Shown: positions 17,444-25,367 of the stretch, one piece after another
Layout: the number at the start of each line of letters is the position of its first letter
How positions within the stretch are numbered: position 1 is the first letter of the stretch
Assembly (NCBI GenBank): GCA_947626705.1
Contig: CANQTJ010000001.1
Span: 1-28,169, forward strand
DNA from: an uncultured Clostridia bacterium
GTDB taxonomy: Bacteria > Bacillota > Clostridia > TANB77 > CAG-508
Direction of reading: 5' to 3'
Length of the DNA: 28,169 bases
Notes under the pieces: generated by a model
Told to the model about the DNA's origin: nothing
The model's database searches: none
Seen by the model: only the letters and a program-made list of their open reading frames with translations
Translations under genes and position numbers: made by a program

Positions 17444-18175
17444 ATGGAAAAAATCTTATTAATAATACCAGCTTATAATGAAGAAGAAAACGTGTTAAAA
17501 GTTTATAATATGATAAAAGAATATAATGAAAAATCTGAGCAAAAATTAGATTATATATTTATTAATGATGGTTCTAAAGATAACACATTAAAAATTTTAG
17601 AAGATAATAAATTAAATCATATAAACTTAATTCATAATCTTGGAATTGGAGGAGCAGTACAAACAGGATATAAATATGCTTATGAGAATAATTATAATAT
17701 TGCAATTCAATTTGATGGAGATGGACAACATGATATAAACTATGTAGATAATATTTGTAAACCATTAATTGAAGGACAAGCTGATATGTGTATAGGAACA
17801 AGATATTTAGATAAAACATCAAGCGAATTTCAATCTACATTTATGAGAAGATTAGGTTCAAATATAATATCAACATTTATAAAAATTTTATGTAGAAAAA
17901 AAATTACTGACCCAACATCAGGTTTTAGGGCTGTAAATAGAACGGTTATACAAGAATTTGCTAAAAATTATCCTATAGAATATCCAGAACCAGAATCAAC
18001 AGTTTGTTTATTAGTTAATAAGTATATAATACAAGAAGTACCTGTTAGTATGAACGAAAGAACAGGTGGAGTTTCTTCAATAAGACTTTGGAAATCAATT
18101 GATTATATGGTTAAAGTAGTATTAGCAATAATAATAGATAGTATAAGTTTTAGAATAAAAAGGAGGAAAAAATAG
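17444..18175 (+). CDS. DPM1/GacI-like GT2 polyprenyl-phosphate glycosyltransferase
   Basis: IIPAYNEE, INDGSKD, NLGIGGAVQTG, QFDGDGQH, DPTSGFRA, R..G.SSI; followed by a DUF2304-like gene. Confidence 0.88.
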   Translation: MEKILLIIPAYNEEENVLKVYNMIKEYNEKSEQKLDYIFINDGSKDNTLKILEDNKLNHINLIHNLGIGGAVQTGYKYAYENNYNIAIQFDGDGQHDINYVDNICKPLIEGQADMCIGTRYLDKTSSEFQSTFMRRLGSNIISTFIKILCRKKITDPTSGFRAVNRTVIQEFAKNYPIEYPEPESTVCLLVNKYIIQEVPVSMNERTGGVSSIRLWKSIDYMVKVVLAIIIDSISFRIKRRKK

Positions 18176-18534
18176 TGCAAATAAAATTAAAAATAGCTTT
18201 GATTATTATTTTGTTAATATATATTTTTTGCATACTTAAAGCTGTAAAAAGAAAAAATATGAGAATTAATTATCTAATATTTTGGTCGATAACTGGCTTA
18301 TTACTTATTGTAGCATTATGTATTCCTAATTTAGTAGAAAATATATCAAGATTACTAGGATTTGAAATGCCAATAAATATGATATTTAGTGTAGCAATAT
18401 TTGTTATATTATATTTAATATTTAACTTAACGACTCTTATTTCTCAAGAACAAAATAAAAATGTATTGTTAATACAAGAAATATCAATATTAAAGCAACG
18501 TATAGAGGAATTAGAAAAAAATAAAGAGAATTAA
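18175..18534 (+). CDS. DUF2304/GacJ-like small membrane protein
   Basis: GTG overlaps the upstream TAG; three TM segments, ...L.LGFE.P.N.IF..., C-terminal coiled coil LIQEISIL. Confidence 0.85.
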   Translation: MQIKLKIALIIILLIYIFCILKAVKRKNMRINYLIFWSITGLLLIVALCIPNLVENISRLLGFEMPINMIFSVAIFVILYLIFNLTTLISQEQNKNVLLIQEISILKQRIEELEKNKEN

Positions 18535-18588
18535 ATATAATTTATAAACAAAAAAGTTTTATAAAATATCATAGAATGGAGAAAGAAA

Positions 18589-19632
18589 ATGGAAAAAGAT
18601 AATATAAAGCTTTCAATTGTCGCACTAGTATATAATTTAGAAAAATATTTGCCAAGATGTTTAGACTCATTAGTTAATCAGACATTAGAAGACATTGAAA
18701 TTTTGTGCGTAGATGATGGTTCAACAGATTCTGCCCCTAAAATTATAGATGAGTACGCACATAAATATCCTAACAAAGTAATTGCATTTCATAAAGAAAA
18801 TGGAGGAGAATTTACAACAAGAAATTATGGATTAGAAAGAGCAAAAGGTGAATATATAACTTTTGTAGATACAGATGATTATGTTGAAAAAGATTGGGCT
18901 GAAAAATTATATAATGCGGCTAAAGAAAATGATGCAGATTTAGCTGTATGTGCATTCGAAAGAATTAATTTAGAAACAAATAAAGTTGTATGCACAGATA
19001 TGACAAGATTTGGATATTCGTGTAAAGAAATTAAAGCAAATGATGATTTTGTAGTTTTTATAAATCCAGCTCCGTGGAATAAAATCTATCGAAGAGAAAA
19101 AATAAAAGATTTAAGATTTTTAAGTTTTAGAGGATTTAATGACACAATGTTTCTAATGGAAGCATATACAAAAATAGAAAAGATAGCATTTATACCAGAT
19201 GTATTATATCATTACTATTTAAGATATGATTCGCAAATACATACAATAAATGAACAAGATGTTAATAATTTAAAAAAATATTTATTAGAAGTGAAACAAT
19301 TTTATAAAGATAGCGGTAAATATGAAGAAATGAAATATATATTAGATTTAATGGCATTTATTCATTTAGGCGTATCTGTAATGTATAGAGCATCTTATGA
19401 TAAGAGTATAAATATAAAAAAGATGCTAAAAGAAACAATAATGTATTTAGATAATAATTTTAGTACATGGAGAAAAAATCCTTTCTTAAAATTTTCATAC
19501 TCAATAAAAAAAGGAATTAAACATTTAGGATTATGGGGTATAGCTCTACTATATAAATGGAATTTAGCAATTGTTTATATTAAAGTATACAGATTTATAA
19601 TAGATAAATTAAAGTTAGATATTAAATGGTAA
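18589..19632 (+). CDS. GT2 glycosyltransferase
   Basis: VYNLEKYLPRCLDSL, VDDGSTD, RN.GL..A.GEYITFVDTDD, PWNKIY. Confidence 0.9.
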   Translation: MEKDNIKLSIVALVYNLEKYLPRCLDSLVNQTLEDIEILCVDDGSTDSAPKIIDEYAHKYPNKVIAFHKENGGEFTTRNYGLERAKGEYITFVDTDDYVEKDWAEKLYNAAKENDADLAVCAFERINLETNKVVCTDMTRFGYSCKEIKANDDFVVFINPAPWNKIYRREKIKDLRFLSFRGFNDTMFLMEAYTKIEKIAFIPDVLYHYYLRYDSQIHTINEQDVNNLKKYLLEVKQFYKDSGKYEEMKYILDLMAFIHLGVSVMYRASYDKSINIKKMLKETIMYLDNNFSTWRKNPFLKFSYSIKKGIKHLGLWGIALLYKWNLAIVYIKVYRFIIDKLKLDIKW

Positions 19633-19663
19633 AATATATTCTTGTGAAAGGAACGAGATAAAA

Positions 19664-20038
19664 ATGGAAAAAGGGAGAAGTAATATGATGAAAATAATAT
19701 TAGTAATAATATATTTAATTTTAACAATTTCAGGTTTAATATTAATGAAAAAAGGGGGAAATTCAGGAACATTAGCAATAGAAAATGGAAATGCTAGTTT
19801 TGTTATTAATTTAATTAGTTTTGCAGGATTATTTTGTTATTTATTTAGTTTTTTACTATTTACGAAAATAGTTATAATGTTTGATTTAAGTTATATTATG
19901 CCAATTTGTACAGGTATAGTACAAGTAATTTCACTAATTGCATCAAAAATAGTATTTAAAGAAAACATAAGTATATATGGTATAATTGGTGCTAGTTTAG
20001 TAATAGCAGGTATAATAGTTATGAATCTAAAAAGATAG
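19664..20038 (+). CDS. Small 4-TM SMR/EamA (DMT)-like protein, possible lipid-linked sugar flippase
   Basis: Four hydrophobic helices; G..LMK.G, LSYIMP, VFKE.I....IIG..L...G. Start is 19664 or 19685; both have an SD-like site. Confidence 0.65.
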   Translation: MEKGRSNMMKIILVIIYLILTISGLILMKKGGNSGTLAIENGNASFVINLISFAGLFCYLFSFLLFTKIVIMFDLSYIMPICTGIVQVISLIASKIVFKENISIYGIIGASLVIAGIIVMNLKR

Positions 20039-20068
20039 TAATAAGTACCTTAGAGAGGAATATAAAAA

Positions 20069-20626
20069 ATGATAAAAATTAATAAAGCAAAACTAAAAAA
20101 TATTAATAATATAAATTTAATATTATTATGCATTATAATATTTTTGGTGTTAATAATATTAATAGCAATATATTTTATTAATAATTTGTTACCAAAAAAA
20201 TATAATATTCCTAATAATATTAATATATTAGAAACGAAATCAAGTTTTGAAGTAAATAACATAGAAAAAGGAAAAATATTTTCAAAAATTTATATAAAAA
20301 AGAAACTTAGTGATGAAGAACTAAAAGATTTTACTAATTATGTTTCAGGGCAAGGAAAAAATTTTTATTTTAATTATCAAATTATATTAGAAAATAATAA
20401 AAAAAATTATAGGGTAAAGACAATTATAAAAGATTCTAATGAAGCAATATTTTTTGATAAAACAAACAGTTCAGATAATAGTATTATTATAGAAGGAATA
20501 TTTTTAAATAAGAATTTTTTTAAAGAAAATTATAATATAAGTATTATTCAAAAAGATTATATAAATAATAATCCAGATAATAAAATAGTAAATTATTATA
20601 AAGATATAGGAAAAATAGGAGGATAA
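20069..20626 (+). CDS. Hypothetical protein with N-terminal membrane anchor
   Basis: RBS GAGAGGA; one TM helix (aa ~17-37), then an Asn/Lys/Ile-rich soluble domain; 1-nt gap to the next gene. Confidence 0.6.
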   Translation: MIKINKAKLKNINNINLILLCIIIFLVLIILIAIYFINNLLPKKYNIPNNINILETKSSFEVNNIEKGKIFSKIYIKKKLSDEELKDFTNYVSGQGKNFYFNYQIILENNKKNYRVKTIIKDSNEAIFFDKTNSSDNSIIIEGIFLNKNFFKENYNISIIQKDYINNNPDNKIVNYYKDIGKIGG

Positions 20627-20627
20627 A

Positions 20628-21989
20628 ATGAAAAAATATATATTAAATAAAAATGTTATAATACTATTATTCCTATTTGTAATAGCTTTTATTATTACAC
20701 TAAATCCAATTGATACAGAACAAGATGATATAATATATAGAGAAGCTTTTAATAATTTTTCGTCATTTATAGTATGGGCAAAAGAATTTATTTTATTATG
20801 GGGAGGGAGAGTTGTTGCATTATCATTATCTACATTATTTTTAAATTTAAATATAGGTATATTTAAATTGGCAAATGCAACTATAATTGTAATACTTGTA
20901 TATTCAATATATAAAATAATAGAAACTTTAAGTGATGAAGCTATAAAATATAAAAATATAATATTAATTTCAATAATGTGTTCATTTTTATTTATAAATA
21001 GGAATGTCATAAAATATTCTGTAACGTGGATAACAGGCACTTTTAATTATTTGTGGCCATGTACCGCAATGATAGTAGCAATGATACCATTTATAAAAAA
21101 ATTAAAAAATAACCCTATAAAAAAAGTAGAATATATAGTATATTTTTTAAGTACATTATTAGCTTCTAATATAGAGCAAACAGGAGTTGTTTTATTTGTA
21201 TTTATATCAATAATTATAGTAATAATAAAGTTAAATAAAATGAAAATAGAGAAAACATTATTAGCAAATTATATATTTTGTTTTATAGTTTTAATACTTT
21301 CATTAATGGCACCAGGTAATCATGTTAGATATTCAGCAGAATTACTAAGATGGTATCAAGATTTTGAAATGTTATCAATATTTGATAAAATTATACAAGG
21401 ACAAAGTGTTTTATTAGATCATTTAGTGAACCACTCAACTGTAACAATATTTATTATTTCAATATTATTGATGTATATTTCTATAAAAGAAAAAGATAAA
21501 AATAGAATAAAAATAGCTTTTATACCACTAATATATTCATTAATAAGAATTTTACCACTAAATGTATTATTATCTAGAATATACAGTAATGACATAATAA
21601 GTAGAATAGATAAATTATTTGCATTTAATACTTATGGTGTAAAAATGATATGTAACCCTTACATATATATTCCAATAATAATAGGAACATTTGTATTAAT
21701 AGTAATAGCAATCTTGATTTTTTTAAGCTATAAAGATGTAAAAAAATCTATTGTATATACATTATTATATTTAGCAGGAATATGTTCAACACTTTCATTA
21801 AGTGTATCACCAACAATTTTTGCATCAAGTTATAGAATATTTTTTGTAACAGATGTATTAAATGTACTATTAATAGCATCTCTTACATATCAAGCTATAA
21901 AATACATTAAAGATAATATAACAGTAGAAGTAATATATTTTATTTCAATTATTATTTTGGCATTTATAAATTTATTAGTTTACTTTTAG
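20628..21989 (+). CDS. DUF6056-like polytopic membrane protein (putative GT-C)
   Basis: QDD near the N-terminus, WGGRVV, GTFNYLWP, NIEQ, APGNHVR; about 12 TM segments. Confidence 0.7.
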   Translation: MKKYILNKNVIILLFLFVIAFIITLNPIDTEQDDIIYREAFNNFSSFIVWAKEFILLWGGRVVALSLSTLFLNLNIGIFKLANATIIVILVYSIYKIIETLSDEAIKYKNIILISIMCSFLFINRNVIKYSVTWITGTFNYLWPCTAMIVAMIPFIKKLKNNPIKKVEYIVYFLSTLLASNIEQTGVVLFVFISIIIVIIKLNKMKIEKTLLANYIFCFIVLILSLMAPGNHVRYSAELLRWYQDFEMLSIFDKIIQGQSVLLDHLVNHSTVTIFIISILLMYISIKEKDKNRIKIAFIPLIYSLIRILPLNVLLSRIYSNDIISRIDKLFAFNTYGVKMICNPYIYIPIIIGTFVLIVIAILIFLSYKDVKKSIVYTLLYLAGICSTLSLSVSPTIFASSYRIFFVTDVLNVLLIASLTYQAIKYIKDNITVEVIYFISIIILAFINLLVYF

Positions 21990-22006
21990 ATAGTACAAGC
22001 ATTAAT

Positions 22007-22140
22007 AAAAAACGGAACTAACATTTTCTAAAGCTCCTATGTCGCTAAGAAAATCTAAGTTTCGCATAATTATCTTCTACGTAAAGTCTATCATCTTTGA
22101 TGATGACTTTCCTAGAATATAAAAAAACGGAACTAACATT
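22007..22140. repeat. 19-bp direct repeat pair flanking a 96-bp hairpin-containing segment
   Basis: AAAAAACGGAACTAACATT at 22007-22025 and 22122-22140; internal stem AAAGTC-T-ATCATC-TTT-GATGAT-GACTTT (22083-22110). Confidence 0.9.
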
Positions 22141-22185
22141 ATTATATAATTAAAAATAATTGTAATAGAAAGGAAGATAAAGAAT

Positions 22186-24435
22186 ATGAAAAATAAGAGT
22201 ATTTTTAAAATAATATTAATTTGTATCGTTCTAATATTGATAGCACAAAATCTATCATTAGCAGTAAAGGAAATTATAGAAGAACAAAAAGCACAAAATC
22301 AAGTAAAATCTACTATAAAAACTGAAAATATATATGATAAAGAGAATAATAAGGTAACAGTACAAATAATATCAGATGTAGAATTAAAAAATACGAAACC
22401 ATCTTGGAAATTAAGTACAGATAAAAAAACATATACAAAAGAATTTTTCTCAAATACTAAATATACAACGCCAGTAGAAGATATATATGGAAATGTTGTA
22501 AATGCTAATATAAATGTTACCGAAATAAAACCTGCAGAACTTAATATGAATTATATTTATGATGCAAATACAAATAGTGTAACAGCTCAAATAATATCAA
22601 ATACTGAGTTAAAAGATACAAAACCATCTTGGAAATTAAGCAAAGATAAAAAAATATATACAAAAGTATTTAAAGAAAATACAACTTATTCTACGCCAGT
22701 AGAAGATATAAATGGTAATATTATTAATGCACAAATAAATGTTACAGGAGTGAAAATTGCAAAAATTCAAATGGATTACACTTATGATGAAAAAACAAAT
22801 ACTGTAATTGCAAAAATGATTTCAGATGTAGAACTAAAAGATACAAAGCCATCTTGGAATTTAAGTACAGATAAAAAGACATATACAAAAGTATTTACTG
22901 GGAATACAGAGTATAGCACACCAGTAGAAGATAAATATGGTAATATTATAAATGTAAAAATAAGTATTACACAAATAAAAATTGCAAAAATTCAAATGGA
23001 TTATACTTATGACGAAAAAACAAACACTGTAATAGCAAAAATGATTTCAGATATAGAACTAAAAGCTACAAAGCCATCTTGGAATTTAAGTGAAGATAAA
23101 AAGACATATACAAAAGTGTTTACTGGAAATACAGAATATAGTACACCAGTAGAAGATATGTATGGAAATATTGTAAATGTTGTTATAAAAATTAATAAAA
23201 TAGATGACAAAGCACCAGTAATAACATTAGACTATAAATATAATGATAATGATACAGTTACAATTTATATGAAATCTAATGAAAAATTAGGAGCTACAAA
23301 GCCATCTTGGAATTTAAGTAGTGATAAACTAATATATGAAAAAGTTTTTGATACAAATCAAGATTATACAACACCAGTAGAAGATATATATGGAAATTCT
23401 GTAAATGTAAAAATAAAATTAAAAAAGAAAAGATATGAATATAGACAATCAGATAATTCTAAAATTACTGTTGGATATATGTATACTTCTTATGAGAATG
23501 TAATTGTTCAAATTACATCAAGTGTTAAAATGGAAAATACAAAACCATCTTGGAAATTAAGTGAAGATGGATATAGATATACTAAAGTATTTTATGAAGA
23601 TACTAATTACACAACTCCTATACAAGATATTAATGGTGTAATAAAAAATGTTACTATAAATGTTGATATGTTTTTTGAAATAATGTTTGAAACTGGAACT
23701 TATGGAAGAAGCGGTGCTAGTATATATTCAGTAGCAGGTGGAAGTAACTTAGAATATTACAGATTTGGAAATGGACAAAATGTATTTTTTGCAACATTCT
23801 GTGTTCACGGATTTGAAGATTCATGGGATAGAGATGGAACAGTTTTAGTAGATATTGCAAACAATTTTTATAATAGGTTAAAAAATGACAAAGATAAAGA
23901 TTTAGCTAAAAAGTGGACAATATATATATTAAAAGAAGTTAATCCAGATGGTAGAAGATTAGGATATACTAATAATGGACCAGGAAGAACAACATTATAT
24001 AGTAAAGTTGGAAAAGGTATTGATATGAACAGATGTTGGCAGACAGATAGTTATTATAAAAGATATACTGATAGCAGAAATTATAATGGAACAGCAGAAT
24101 GTCAAGCTTATGAAGCAGAATATCTTAAAAACTTTTTATTAAGTCATAAATCTAACAATGGTCAAAATGTTTTAGTAGATTTACATGGTTGGTATAATCA
24201 ATTAATTGGTAATGAACAAATATGTAGCTATTATAAACAACAATTTCCAACTTGCTCAACAGCAACTTATGGAAAATATGGAACACAGTATTTAATTGCA
24301 TGGGCTAGACAAAATTTAGGAGCAAAAGCTTCACTAGTTGAATTGCCACAAGCAAATAATTATGCTCAAGTAAATAGTATGAGATTATCAGATAGATATA
24401 TTGATGCAACTTTAAATATGTTAAGAGGAATTTAA
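22186..24435 (+). CDS. Secreted repeat-stalk protein with C-terminal M14 zinc carboxypeptidase domain (MpaA/endopeptidase I-like peptidoglycan peptidase)
   Basis: Signal peptide (...NLSLA|V); six ~75-aa repeats; HGFE (H541,E544), NPDG, GIDMNR, DLHG (H667), VELP (E719). The peptidoglycan substrate is inferred. Confidence 0.82.
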   Translation: MKNKSIFKIILICIVLILIAQNLSLAVKEIIEEQKAQNQVKSTIKTENIYDKENNKVTVQIISDVELKNTKPSWKLSTDKKTYTKEFFSNTKYTTPVEDIYGNVVNANINVTEIKPAELNMNYIYDANTNSVTAQIISNTELKDTKPSWKLSKDKKIYTKVFKENTTYSTPVEDINGNIINAQINVTGVKIAKIQMDYTYDEKTNTVIAKMISDVELKDTKPSWNLSTDKKTYTKVFTGNTEYSTPVEDKYGNIINVKISITQIKIAKIQMDYTYDEKTNTVIAKMISDIELKATKPSWNLSEDKKTYTKVFTGNTEYSTPVEDMYGNIVNVVIKINKIDDKAPVITLDYKYNDNDTVTIYMKSNEKLGATKPSWNLSSDKLIYEKVFDTNQDYTTPVEDIYGNSVNVKIKLKKKRYEYRQSDNSKITVGYMYTSYENVIVQITSSVKMENTKPSWKLSEDGYRYTKVFYEDTNYTTPIQDINGVIKNVTINVDMFFEIMFETGTYGRSGASIYSVAGGSNLEYYRFGNGQNVFFATFCVHGFEDSWDRDGTVLVDIANNFYNRLKNDKDKDLAKKWTIYILKEVNPDGRRLGYTNNGPGRTTLYSKVGKGIDMNRCWQTDSYYKRYTDSRNYNGTAECQAYEAEYLKNFLLSHKSNNGQNVLVDLHGWYNQLIGNEQICSYYKQQFPTCSTATYGKYGTQYLIAWARQNLGAKASLVELPQANNYAQVNSMRLSDRYIDATLNMLRGI
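22321..23680 (+). repeat. Six intragenic ~225-bp repeats (TKPSW.LS.D...YTK.F..N..Y.TPVED..GN)
   Basis: TKPSW codons begin at 22393, 22618, 22843, 23068, 23296, 23539 (spacings 225, 225, 225, 228, 243); units 3 and 4 are nearly identical in DNA. Confidence 0.95.
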
Positions 24436-24443
24436 TTTTTAAA

Positions 24444-24508
24444 TATAGTTTGTTACAGTTCACTGAAAATCTTAATAAAGAAGAATTAAGCAGTGAACTG
24501 TAACTATA
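24444..24508. repeat. Long bulged palindrome in an intergenic region (REP-like)
   Basis: GTTACAGTTCACTG (24452-24465) / CAGTGAACTGTAAC (24491-24504), perfect 14 bp; inner CTTAAT/ATTAAG and outer TATA/TATA stems; no adjacent U-tract on either strand. Confidence 0.85.
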
Positions 24509-24537
24509 GTTGCGTCTTGAAAGGAACGTTAATAATT

Positions 24538-25314
24538 ATGAAAAAGAAAAATATTTTCAAGATAGTAATTTTTATCATTGTATTATTAATATTTATATTA
24601 TTAAATTATTTTGGTTTTATGAAAAAAAATAAAAAAGAAGATACAAATAATATTGATACAGAAGTTCGAGAAGATTATATGGACATGAAAAATAATTCTA
24701 TTATGTATAATGATGATGCTTCACTTGAAAATCTTAAAACTGAATACAACATAATAGGAGAAAATGACTTATATGAAGTTAATACAGAAAGTGATGGAAG
24801 AAAAGTCATTAATGTAAAAGCTTCAATAAATTACAAAGTTGCCTTTGCTGGTATAATTAAGGAAGCTAAACCAACTTTTGAAGATGTAAATTCTTTATTT
24901 GAAAAAAATGCTCCAAACAAAAATGGAATATGGATTACACTAGCAGATAGAAATAAAATATTAAATTATTTTAATAATAATGAATATTTAAAATATAAAT
25001 ATAAAATTGATGATGAAGGATATTTACAAATTGATGATAATAAAAATCCAACAGATATGGATAAAAAAATAGAAAAAATTATAAATGGTAAAAATCAATA
25101 TATATTAAATATCTCTAGTATGTATTATATGGTAGATACTGTTACTGGACAAATTGTAGATAATCCATATAATGAATTATCTAGGTATCAACCTTATGAA
25201 TATGTAAAAGATGAAGGAAAAATGATAATTTTTATATCTGAAAATAAAGATAATTATATGACAGAAAATGACATTTTTAGTAGTTTAATGAATTTAATAA
25301 ATTCCATTGAATAA
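24538..25314 (+). CDS. Hypothetical membrane-anchored/secreted protein
   Basis: RBS AAAGGA before ATG 24538; MKKKNIFKIVIFIIVLLIFILL anchor, then an acidic soluble domain with no recognisable motif. The track's start at 24493 lies inside the palindrome and is unlikely. Confidence 0.75.
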   Translation: MKKKNIFKIVIFIIVLLIFILLNYFGFMKKNKKEDTNNIDTEVREDYMDMKNNSIMYNDDASLENLKTEYNIIGENDLYEVNTESDGRKVINVKASINYKVAFAGIIKEAKPTFEDVNSLFEKNAPNKNGIWITLADRNKILNYFNNNEYLKYKYKIDDEGYLQIDDNKNPTDMDKKIEKIINGKNQYILNISSMYYMVDTVTGQIVDNPYNELSRYQPYEYVKDEGKMIIFISENKDNYMTENDIFSSLMNLINSIE

Positions 25315-25367
25315 AAGTTAAATTAATGTTAATATATAATTGTAGTTAATAGGAGGTATAAAATAAA

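Noticed and set aside
18541-18565. TTTATAAAC...GTTTTATAAA inverted repeat as a terminator or operator
   Set aside because: Almost all A/T and imperfect; expected by chance at this base composition.
22007-22140. CRISPR mini-array interpretation of the 19-bp direct repeats
   Set aside because: Only two copies, the repeat is too short, the 96-bp spacer is too long, and no cas genes are present.
22044-22149. Short open frame on the minus strand (..YSRKVIIKDDRLYVEDNYAKLRFS*) as a peptide or recombinase remnant
   Set aside because: No start codon or RBS before the upstream stop; the resemblance to recombinase C-termini is too weak to support.
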